In this document: piece by piece, positions 25,201 through 36,284 of the stretch
How the letters are laid out: the number at the start of each line of letters is the position of its first letter
Position numbering within the stretch: the stretch's first letter is position 1
Assembly (NCBI RefSeq): GCF_001194135.2
Contig: NC_068986.1
Coordinates: 40,383,354-40,447,353, forward strand
From: Octopus bimaculoides
Taxonomy: Eukaryota
Length of the DNA stretch: 64,000 bases
Reading direction: 5' to 3'
Program-made: the position numbers and the translations under genes
The notes under the pieces: model-generated
Database searches by the model: none
Told to the model about the DNA's origin: nothing
What the model saw: the letters and a program-made list of their open reading frames with translations, nothing else

Positions 25201-25395
25201 TAGTTCTTCACCATTGCTTGACAGCTGTTGCCGATTTGTTTATATCCTCATAATTTAGGGTTTTTTGGCAGAAGAGACTCATTGGACTCATAGTAGATTT
25301 AAAACAAATACTAGGATCAATTTGTTCTCTGAAACCATTGAAAGTAGTGTCCCAGCATGGCCATGGTCAAATGACTAAAACAAGTAAAAAATAAA
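24978..25395 (+). mobile_element. SINE family A
   Basis: Boxes A and B, (GT)n centre and tail. Ends about 285 bp upstream of the LDLa exon. Confidence 0.85.
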
Positions 25396-25680
25396 AGAAC
25401 ACACACACATATATATTTATTTATTTATTTATGTGTTTCAGCCAAGTGGCTGCGGTCATGCTGGTGCACCACCGTGGCATATATGTGACATATGAATAAA
25501 AATCTGTAAATATACAACCATCCAGACATCTGAATACCTGATTATTATTTTTTCTAATATATATATATATGTGTGTGTGTGTTTATGTTGTCATGTGTGT
25601 TTGTTTTACATACACAAATATATTTGTATTAATTCGCTTGCATTTTATTTGTACTTACTTTCATTTTCTTTCTCTTACAG

Positions 25681-25815
25681 TTCTCACTGCCACCGACTGT
25701 CAGTGTTCGGAGAGTATGTTTAGCTGTGGTGATAGCAAATGTACATGCATTCCAGTAGCTTTGGTGTGCGATAAAGATTACGATTGTGCCAACAAGAATG
25801 ACGAGAAACATTGCA
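25681..25815 (+). CDS. LRP4: Internal exon encoding an LDL-receptor class A repeat, LRP4/MEGF7 first-repeat type
   Basis: Strong acceptor TTTCATTTTCTTTCTCTTACAG|. Peptide (V)LTATDCQCSESMFSCGDSKCTCIPVALVCDKDYDCANKNDEKHC. The 8 Cys (CxC...CTCIP) match my recollection of LRP4 repeat 1 (ECACGRSHFTC...[26 protein letters not shown]). 135 nt, phase 1-1 if donor A|GTAGGT is used. The exon call is firm; the gene symbol is inference from one exon. Confidence 0.8.
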
Positions 25816-26855
25816 GTAGGTAATTTTTTTTCAGTATGACTGTAATCACAAAGTGATTTATTTTTTCTTACTTATACCACACACATAGTAATTTGCATGT
25901 TTCTTTTGCACAAAAATAATTCAAATTTTTTTTCTCTTTAATAATACATTTATATCACTTAAAATAAATTGTTTTCTCTATTTATGAAAGTTCATAAAAT
26001 TGGTGCTTGTCTTTTGATTTTCTTTGTGTAACCTTTTTGTGACTGTTTCTAACAAAATATACAAACAATCTAAATGCATGAATTATCTGTCTATCTATCT
26101 ATATATATATTTTTTCTTTTGGTGATGCATGAATTTTATAAACTTTTGAAAAAAATGTGACAATCTATTTTGGAACTGTGGATCTAACAGTATGTAAAGC
26201 TGTAAATAATTGCATGTAAAAATGGGGTTGAAAAACTTCCTTTTTGGATTTTAAAAAAAAATAAAAGTTGACGGTTACCCGTAGGACTTGGACCTGCAGA
26301 TATGATGAGTGTTCTACTAATGGAGCAAACCAATCTTTCGAATTCCTTTGTTCATTTTAAAAACTTTATTCTTACTGGCAATAATCGTATATTGATGTCA
26401 TATGAATTTTATAAACTTTCAAAAAATCCTGAAATATTTCTTTTTGAAGCACATGATGGCATATAAATATTGGGTTGAAAAATCCTTTTGAATAATAGAA
26501 AAAAGAAGTTGAAGACTTTTTTTTTAAATAATCAAAAATATGAAAAGATTGAGTGTAGTATTATTTAACTTTTCTTGATGGTGTTTGGAACACAACAAAG
26601 GTGTCTCATGAAATTATATATTTAAAGTTAAATATTAAACTTTTGCCAGATTTAGGTACCCTAGACTCGTATATCATGATGGTACCCCTACCACTACATC
26701 AGAAGTTGAGGGCAGCAAGATAAAGAAACTAAAATATCTCACAATTTTTTTTAAAGATATTTACCTCCAAAGAATAAAAGTATACAACATTGGTTGTTAC
26801 TAAATATTTTATATTTCTAAGAATTTTTTTCTTTTTCTTTTTTTTTTGTAAACAA

Positions 26856-27280
26856 GGTGCAGGTGTGGCTGTGTGGTAAGAAGCTTACTTCCCCTTTATG
26901 TTTAGCCCCTTGTGGGCAATAATGAAATAAGAAGCTTACTTCCCAACCATGTGATTGTGGGTTCAGTCTCACTGTGTAACGCTTTGGGAAAGTGTCTTTT
27001 ACTATATCCTCGGGCTGATCAAAGCCTTGTGAGTAGAATTAGTTGACGGAAACTGAAAGAAGCCTGTCATATGTGTTTGTGTTTGTCACTTGCCATTGCT
27101 TGCAATTGCTGTTGGTCTGTTTACATCCCTGTAACGTAGCAGTTTAGCAAAATAGACTGATAAAATAAATTCTGGGCTTAAAAAAAAATCCTGGGGTTGA
27201 TTTGTTCCAGTAAAACCTTTCAAGATAGTGTCCCAGCACAGCCACAGTCGGATGACTGAAACAAGTAAAGGATAAAAGAT
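26856..27280 (+). mobile_element. SINE family A with a 34-bp nested insertion
   Basis: Full head-to-tail copy. Perfect 17-bp duplication at 26877-26893 and 26928-26944. Confidence 0.85.
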
Positions 27281-28339
27281 AAAGCTCGCATGATTAAGTA
27301 ATTTTTTGTAAATAAAGAATGCATTATTAACCCTTTAACAGCAAATTTAAATTTTATGGTTATTTCAGTAATTGTGTTAGATATCTACAAAAGAGAGTAA
27401 AAAAAAAAGAATGAATTAGTATTTTTAAGTTTGTTGAGTCACGTTGCCTCAATAAACTTGACAGTAGAAAATACTTGCAAACGTGACATTCCTAAACTGA
27501 ACATAGATTGGTATATAAAACTACTTTTCGGTAGTTAAGAGTAATGAAATTTTGAGTGGTTATATCTGATTTCCAGAGTAGAAGGGTCAAAGTAATTTCC
27601 TACTGCTTATTTTGGCTTTGTATCATACAATCCTGTGTGGTCTTAAGTGGCCTGATTTCAAAAGGTATAAACAGATGAAAATTGGTTCCTCTATACAGGA
27701 CAGTAATTTCTTGCATGAAGCAAAAACTCTGAGAAGATTTGGTGTCTTTTCTTCACAGTCTGTTATTGCTTTTATTTAACCCCAGGTCATGCTCATGAGT
27801 AGACACAACTGCGACTGGTCTTTTCAGTTTTAATGTTTTTTTTTAACGAATTGTGTATCTTAGACTGCAGTGTCCAATGTGTCCTTCCTTTTTTATGCTT
27901 TGATGGCAATTTGACTGCTATTTCTAGAATATCTATTGATTACAGAGAGCAGGGACTGGGAACCTTGTTAACAAGGATCAATTGAAAGTGCATAGCAACC
28001 TATGAGAATCTGTGCTGAAGAAAATAATGAATTTTTAATTTCACAAATTCATAGATTTACAATTTATATTAAATTGTTTTGTCTTGAGGCTTAAATCCTT
28101 TTGTTTTATGTATGTATTTATGTGTTTTGAAACACTGACAGTAGGCTGTTTCAGTGTTGAAAGTATAGATCTGCACTTCATTTGATCTGAGATACTTGAG
28201 ATAAATATCATAATAAAAAGGATAACCAAAACTAATTCCTAACTCATCTTCTTTCAGTACCTTATTTAGTCAAGCATTTCATCTTTTACAACTTGACATA
28301 CTAATAATCTTAATTCATTTATTTGTAAAAAAAACACTA

Positions 28340-28559
28340 CAAGGGTGAGGGTTGTAAAGTTCCTGGCTTTGGGTAAAAGAAAATATAGGAAGATCAGTTA
28401 ATTATGATTTTACTCAATGTATTCCCCCGTCTCAGATTCACGCATTTATTGCAGCAGTCCTTCAGTTTTTCTAAGCCCTGTAAAAGAACTTGGAAGGTTG
28501 GGCCTCCAACCAGGCCTTTCACGATACCTTTAAAGCAAGAACTTTTCAGCACCTCTTCA
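28340..28559 (-). mobile_element. Mariner-derived MITE
   Basis: TA-flanked TIRs. The minus strand encodes QGLEKLKDCCNKCVNLR. Confidence 0.85.
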
Positions 28560-28870
28560 TATTTATCAATCAAGGAACTTGGCACATGCTACTGAAACAT
28601 CCTTATCACCATTCTGATGGTTACACAAATTCTTCCCTCTCCAGTATAACTTTTTATTGTTTTGTTTCAAAGGGATTTTAGATTTGTATATCATCAAAGA
28701 GAGCCTTGAAAATCCTTTTCAGGTCTATGTTAGTTATCAGATTTGTGTAATTTCTTTCTTTTTTTTCTTTAATTATTTTTGGCCTTGATAAAGCTTTTGC
28801 TAAATTAGAAATGTGGGTTAAATATTTCGGTTGCTGTATATCACATTTTGTTAAATCTCTTCAGGTTCAA

Positions 28871-29182
28871 CCCTTTAGCATTTCAACGAGTTATATCCAG
28901 CCAAAAATATTCTAACTGCTTTATGTTCAAACTGACCCAATCCAGCCTTTCAGACTTACCCTATAATGTCATTCTAGAATATAAATGATCACATGCTGAA
29001 GGGATAACCCTTTGGCATTCAAACAAGCCATATCAGGCTCAAATATTCTACCTGTTTTATGTTTATATTGGTCTTTTCTGTCCTTGTCAAAGTCTCAAAA
29101 CTACAAGATAATGCATGATTAATTCAAAACAATGTGAATAAATAAGCATTAGATTTGATAGAGTAATCTGAATGCTAAAGGT
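28871..29182. mobile_element. piggyBac-type MITE family 1 (two nested or tandem partial copies)
   Basis: CCCTTTAGCATT...AATGCTAAAGG termini; body shared with 38638-38812 and 62791-63007. Confidence 0.7.
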
Positions 29183-30326
29183 TTAAAAGCTCTCTCTGGT
29201 TTTTGTAAGGACTGTTCAGAAGAGACTTATAGTTTTTTATCTTTTACTTTTACAAGACTGTGGCCATACTGGGGCACTACCTTGAAGAATTTCAGTTGAA
29301 TGAATTGATCCCAGTGCTTATTATTTTATGTAATTCCTGGTACTTATTCTATTGGCATCTTTTACCTAACTGCTAAGTTATGGGGACATAAACACACCAA
29401 CACTAGTTGTTGAGCAGTGGTGGTGGACAAACACATATACAACAGACTTCTTTCAGTTTCCATCTGCCAAATCGATTCACAAGCCTTTGAGCAGCTCAAG
29501 GCTATAAGCAGAAGACACTTGCCAAGGTGGGACTGAACATGGAACCATGTGGTTGGGGAGCCATCCATTGCCCATTTGCAGTTTTTCAATCATAATATTG
29601 TTAAAAGCAATGCATAACTAAATTGGCTGTTTGTCCGTTCACATTTTCAATTCTCTTAAAAACACATTTGCTGAATGAGAAGCAAAGTTGTGAATCACTT
29701 TTTGTCAGGTGACATGTATAGACAACACTGTTTTCTACAACACTCTCTCAACGTTTTGCTTTATAAACACACAAATATGTATGATAGCATTCCATACCTT
29801 ATATTTTCTTATAAACCTTATTTTTATTAGTTTTATTAGCTGCTATATTTCTCTGTGTTGTCCATTTTCAACCTATATTTCACTACTTTTGAAAGCACAT
29901 GTACTGTTTAACATGGTTTCAATCTCACTGTATGACACCTTGGGCAAGTATCTTCTACTATAGCCCCTGACTGACCAAAGCCTTGTGAGTAGATCTGTTT
30001 GACGGAAACCGAATGAAGCCTACTTTGTGTGTATGTGTGCGTGCACATGTGCATGCATGCACACACATATATGTAGTTTAGTGTTCCATTAGGGTAAGAT
30101 CAACAAAAAGATGCTTCATTCAGTGAGAGATTAATATGATTTAATGTACACTGTATAAAAATACAAGCTACTAATACTTTCTTACTTTGGAGCATGGAGA
30201 CATGGGTCTAAGTAGGTTTTTATAATATGCCTTGTTCCTTCAAGCAATCTGCAGGCTCCGAGCATATGATCTATTCTATTTGCAAATCAGGATGCTGGTA
30301 CAAGAGAAAACAAAAACAAAAACGTA

Positions 30327-30704
30327 TACTCTTTACTCTTTTACTTGTTTCAGTCATTTGACTGCTGCCATGCTGGAGCACCGCCTTTAGTCGAGAAAAT
30401 CGACCCTAGGACTTATTCTTTGGAAGCCTAGTACTTATTCTTTCGGTCTCTTTTTGCCGAACCGCTAAGTTGCGGGGACGTAAACACACCAGTATCGGTT
30501 GTCAAGCGATGGTGGGGGCACAAACACAGACACACAAACATACACATATATACGACGGGCTTCTTTCAGTTTCCGCCTACCAAATTCACTCACAAGGCTT
30601 TGGTCGGCCCGAGGCTATAGTAGAAGACACTTGCCCAAGGTGCCACACAGTGGGACTGAACCCAGAACCATGTGTTTGGTAAGCAAGCTACTTACCACAC
30701 AGCC
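30327..30704 (-). mobile_element. SINE family A, young near-consensus copy (an older - copy lies at 29240-29575)
   Basis: Retains most CpGs and carries a (CTTTTA)n tail. Confidence 0.9.
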
Positions 30705-31148
30705 AAAAAAGTGGAAGGGTGTATAAAAATGGGAAAAGAAAAGAATGTTAGTAATGTCCCATTTGACTGTAAAGCCATTATTAAACTAGTTGTTGTAGAA
30801 CCATTCAATGGAGAGGGGTCCAAACTCTGTGAGACAGCTGCTGAATCTGGAAAGGATGGTGTCCTCCAGTTCACCAAAAGAAATGGTTCCATATGTTTGC
30901 ATTTGCTGGAAAATTCTGAGAAAAAGCGAGGCAGAAAAGGAAAATTGAAGAAATTGTGTGTTTGTGTTTGCCTGTTCCCAATCCACCATGAAGCCATGTT
31001 TGGTTAAGGAGAAATGTTAACTTGGTTGGAAACAGGTGACGATAGGCAACAGGAAGGGCATGTGGTTGTAAGAATCTGCTGCAGTGAATTTTGTCTAATA
31101 CATGTAAGTGGAAAAGTGAATGTTAAAATGATGATGATAATAATGATT

Positions 31149-31210
<62 letters not shown>

Positions 31211-31309
31211 ATTTATTCATTCCTTCATGATACTACAAGAGGTAAAATATTTACTCTGAATATTGCATCTTGAAAGGAGATTAAAAGATAGAATAATTTT
31301 GTGACTGAA

Positions 31310-32960
31310 AAAGAAAAAGGAAACAAGAGGGAAAAGTAATATTGTATGTAACATGCAGTGAATCTATTGTAGTGTTAAAGGAATATAATATACATAAGCA
31401 TTACAAAATAAAGCTGTCATCTCACTCTTCTCATCTAGCAGGGAAGCTATATCATTAAAAACATGAAGGCTTGAAGCAAAGTATTTTAAAACAGTTGTTT
31501 TTTACTTGTATAAGTGCTAATAATGAACCTGTAACTAAAGCTTGTTTGGAGTGGCTTATTTGTTAGTTAAGAAAAGAAAACAATATACTGATGGTGAATT
31601 AATTAAACTATATATGATAGCAACAACAGAAGTATGTTCATGGGGTGGGTGGGTGGAAAGATTTATTCCAGAATATTAGTCTTTCTGCAAAAAGCAGTAA
31701 CTAGGAGAGTCAAAGACACAGGAGACAACATCCTGTGCTAATTAAACAATAAAACATAAGATGTCCAGTGGCTTTGTCTGGTTCTTGATGAATCAACAGA
31801 TGTGTTTGACAATTCAGTACTGCCTTTGTTCATTTGGGGAATTAATGTTAACTTTGAAGTGACGGAAGAACTAGCTTCGGTGAGCAGCAGGCATCAAGGA
31901 ACTTACTGGTGAAAATATTTTCAAAAAAGTGGAGAAAACATTTGACTGATATAATTTGGTCTGGAAACATATCAAAGTTATAATAACTGATAGTTGGGGT
32001 AAAAAAAAAAATGCATAGAAAAAGATTGTATTTAACAAATTTACAAAGCTTGCAACGGTGAGGTATGTCTACACTTTTAGTTTTTGTAGTGTTTTACAGC
32101 ATCTTTTATCAGCAGACACTTTATGGAAAGCATTTAGTTATCTCATGTGTGATGTAACCAGTCGTATCAACAATGAATTTTATTTGATTGAATGTTCTCA
32201 GTTATTGCCAGTTTTGAAAAATTTTGTGAAGAAATAAAAGTTGAATATTATGTCTTGCCATGCCACATTCCGTTGTAATATGGTTTAGCTGTGGTGAAGT
32301 TATCTCTAATTTTTTTGATCTTCAGATTGAAGTTAACATTAAACATATTTTTTGTTTTTATTCTTTTAATGAGAAATATTTTTTCTCAGCCAATCTCAAT
32401 GGTGAATGATTGTGTAAAATGTCTTTCTGAGCTACCATAACAACATAATCTCAACAACTTCAATCTTAGATACAAAACAATTCAGAACTTATATAAGACA
32501 TACTCTGCTGTGAAAGCTTTCCAACATAAGTTAACCCTTGTTTTTCATTCCCAGCAAAGTTGAATAACTTCATCTATAATTTCTGTTATGAAAAAATACA
32601 ACTATGGAGCAAATTTTTAATTTCCTTTCAAATTTGCTCAAGACATTCTTACTAGTCTGAAGTTAGTTTCAACAGTGTAGTTTTTAGGTTAGAATGAAAA
32701 TGTAAAAGAATTTTAAATCTTTCAAAATACATTTGATTGCATTATTGAGGAACTTCTGTCAGATTTTAAACAAGAAGTCATTGGCCTGCAGTCTACTGAT
32801 ATGTTGGGAAACCAGTTCAAAAGAAGGAAAACTTGATTGACTTTTTTTATAAATATGTCTCAGACGAAGGATGTTCTTCTTTTAAATCTGTTGCTTGGCA
32901 TAATAACATTTGGCATAGCCTATTTATGTGGTGAAAACATTTGATTAAATTTATGTATTG
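31310..32960 (+). mobile_element. hAT transposase fossil, SPIN/Charlie (GTF2IRD2-like) type
   Basis: Across stops and frameshifts: ESIVVLKEYNIHKHY, YTDGELIK, FQNISLSAK.VTRRV, LVLDESTDVFD...FIWGINVNFEVTEELAS, TGENIFKKVEK, IIHQQTLYGK, YSAVKAFQHKL, FKQEVIGLQS and FGIAYLC. These are collinear with the hAT DDE catalytic and dimerisation motifs. Confidence 0.85.
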
Positions 32961-34599
32961 GTCCATGTTCACTGATTACCAATTGCAATCAGGTTTGAAT
33001 ACAGAAACCACATTTTGATATATTATTCCTTATAACTTCAAAAAAAAAAAAAAAAAAAATAATAATAATAGCTTGATAGTAAGTAGAAGGTTCATGTAGG
33101 TATGTATATTTCTAAAATGAAAAACATCAAATTGAAGAAAAAAAGGGAAGGAGAGAAAAAAAAATGCTCTTTCTGTTGCCTAATATGATCAGGTTTTCAC
33201 TCTTTTATTTAGCTTGGTCTTCAAAACAAAATATTTCCAATCTTGCTTGACAGAGAATATTTCTATATAGAAGTTTCTGGTCGATATATTTTTCATAGGG
33301 TTATTTTGGTTTATAGGACCTTTTGGTTAACAACTGAAACCAATGAGATTAAAGCATTTGAACCATGGTTCCTAAAGTCTCAAAACTGTTTGAATCTTTG
33401 ATATGAGTTGCATCACAGATATTAAAAAAAATTTTCTGCTTTTCTTCGTATATCTAAGGTAGCACCTTTGGTAAGTGTCTTCTTGGGATGATCAGTCTTG
33501 TGAGTGGAGTTGGTAGACAGAAACTGGAAGGAGCCCATTTTGTGTGTGTGTGTGTGTACATATCCTTGTTTTGACAGCGCATGATAGTTGCAAACAAACA
33601 TCATCCTGTAAGCAATGTTGTTTATTTTTAGTCTTCCATGAAATATATCTGGCCAGGGACAAAAACTACCTTGCTTGGAAATAGGTGAGAGTTGGTGACA
33701 GAAAAGGCATCTGGCCATAGAAAATTTGCCAATATAAACTTCATATGAGATCTAAACAAGCATGGAAAAGTATGTGATAAAATGATGATGATCATCATCA
33801 TGTTTTTTTGTTTTAGGATAGGGCTAATTAAGTTTTTGATTCAGTCAGATACAGTTTATTATCAGTGCTTAATTTCAACAATTTATTGCATCAAGTATAC
33901 TACTTTTTGTGTGTCCTTTCATGCATTTCAACCAGACTCTAGATTGTTTATAGACAGCTTGATTGTTTGTTCCATCCATACCATTATTTATGCTTGTGGA
34001 TACCGTTTCCTGTTTGCCTCTAACCTGTCAGCCACCGTTTACTTATAAACACACATATACTTCTTCCTGCTATACCTACCTCTGTAATTTCAATAAAGGC
34101 ACTTCTGTTTATGGTATGATACTTACAATTATTGCCCAGCACTAGAAATTCCTTTTATACCTTCCTCTGTAATCTCAATGAAGGCAACTTCTGTTTATGA
34201 TATGAATGTTACAGTTATTAGACAGCAGTAAGTTTTCAACAAACTAAATCTGTGACACAGTTTAGATTCTCAGTAGGAATCCTTCCAGTTCACTTATGTA
34301 ACTTAAGCAATTCCCCTGGGAAAAGCATCGGTGTCATAATTTATCATTTCTTTTAATCCTCTAAATTTAAAGTAATGGCATTTGTTGTGTTAGATTAACT
34401 GCTGGTGTCATTTTCTTCCATAGCTTGCTGTTCTTGTTTTAAGTTCAAATTTCAACAAGGGCTGTAAATATAAGTACTTAGCATTTATTGGGTCAATGAA
34501 TTGAATATTAATTCTTCCTTTTCTTAAATACTTGTCTAGTTTGTGAGAAATCATCATCATCACTACCACCACCACCATCATCATCATTGATAATATAAA

Positions 34600-35085
34600 A
34601 TACCAGTTAAGCCCTCAGATCAATGTAACCATCTAACTCTCTCCCCTAAATTTATTAGCCATGTGCCAAAATTTAAAACAATTATTATTATTATTATTAT
34701 TATTATTATTTCATCTGTTTTTATTTTCTGAGTTCAAATTCCGCCAAGGATGACTTTGTCTATCATTCTTTCAGGGTCGATAAATGAAGTACCGGTTGCA
34801 TGCTGGGGCTGATGTAATCAGCTCACCCTCTCCCCTGAAATTTCAGGCCTTGGGCCTATAGTAGAAAGGATCATCATCATCATCATCATCAAAGCAGCAA
34901 GCTAGCAAAATCGTGCATAGTGGCATTTCATCTGTTTTTATATTCTGAGTTCAAATTCCGCCTATCATCCTTTTGGGGTTGATAAAATAGGTACCAGTTG
35001 AATACTGGGGTCTATTTATTCAAATGAGCCCCTTTCTTCAACTTGCTGATATTGAGCCAAAATTTGAAACATTATTATTATTATC
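34600..35085 (+). mobile_element. Three head-to-tail SINE family B pieces
   Basis: Repeated TTCTGAGTTCAAATTCCGCC...GTACC(A/G)GTTG bodies separated by (ATT)n/(ATC)n tails. Confidence 0.75.
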
Positions 35086-35566
35086 ATCATAAATATGGAA
35101 AACATTATTGATATTATTAGAATTATATGGAAGTTTGTGTGTGTGAGAGAGAGAGAGTGTGAAATTTGGTTCTGCTTGTCTTCATTAACACAGTCTGTAC
35201 AAAAAACAGCGACACTATTTACGGTTTCCTATAAAGTTGAAGTCCCCTCAATCAGTGGACATGTGATGTCCAGGGCAACAAAAAATATTTGAAAAATAAG
35301 TAGGAGTTGGCAACAAGAAGAACATTTGGTCATAGAAAATCTGCCTCAATAAACTTTGTCCGATCCCTGCCGTCCAGGAAAAATGGGCTTAAAAACAACA
35401 ATGGTGATGATCTTTTTATTTTCTTTTATCTCTTACTAGTCTCAATTATTGGACTGCTGCTATATTGCGGCACTACCTTAGAGGGGTTTTAGGCAAACAG
35501 ATTGACCCCTATACTTTTTTTTTTTAAGCTTGATACTTATTCTGTCAGTTTCATTTGCTGAACTGT

Positions 35567-35940
35567 GGAGGCGCAATGGCCCAGTGGTTAGGGCAGCAAA
35601 CTCGCGGTCATAAGATTGCGGTTTCGATTCCCAGACCGGGCGTCGTGAGTGTTTATTGAGCGAAAAAAACCTAAAGCTCCACGAGGCTCCGGCAGGGGAT
35701 GGTGGCGAACCCTGCTGTACTCTTTCACCACAACTTTCTCTCACTCTTACTTCCTATTTCTGCTGTACCTGTAATTCAAAGGGTCAGCCTTGTCACAGTG
35801 TGTCACGCTGAATGTCCCCTGAGAACTATGTTAAGGGTACACGTGTCTGTGGAGTGCTCAGCCACTTGCACATTAATTTCATGAGCAGGCTGTTCCGTTG
35901 ATCGGATCAACTGGAACCCTCGACGGAGTGCCAACAACAA
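35567..35940 (+). mobile_element. tRNA-derived SINE family C, nested in a family A copy
   Basis: Head GGAGGCGCAATGGCCCAGTGG (box A) and GTTTCGATTCC (box B), (CAA)n tail. TSD CATTTGCTGAAC(tgt/cac) at 35552-35566 and 35941-35955. Confidence 0.9.
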
Positions 35941-36073
35941 CATTTGCTGAACCACAAAGTTAAGAGTGCATAGACAAGCCAATACTGGTTGACAAGAAAT
36001 GAAGTGGGATGGGGTGGCGAACAATGAAACATACACCCATGCACGCACACATACACACACACACATATACACA

Positions 36074-36284
36074 CAAAGGAGTGCTGAAAAGTTCCTGGTT
36101 TTGGGTAAAAGAAACTACCGAAGGATCAGTTAATTATGATTATATTCAATGTATTCCCCTTTCAGATTCACACACTTATTGCTGTGGTCCTTCAGCTGTT
36201 CTAAGCCCTGTAAAAGAACTTTGAAGGTCGGGCCTTCAAGCAGGTCCATCGCAATACTCTTAAAGCCAGGAACTTTTCAGCACC
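36074..36284 (-). mobile_element. Mariner-derived MITE (a second, 5'-truncated copy lies at 36550-36680)
   Basis: Same TIRs and body as 17502-17710. Confidence 0.85.

Noticed and set aside
30672-31007. 111-aa plus-strand ORF, with an overlapping minus-strand ORF
   Set aside because: It starts in a SINE and ends in another repeat. Only a faint resemblance of the minus strand to PLE endonuclease; no splice or domain support.
35567-35640. tRNA gene
   Set aside because: Boxes A and B are present, but I could not fold a full cloverleaf, and it continues into a SINE body with a tail and TSD.
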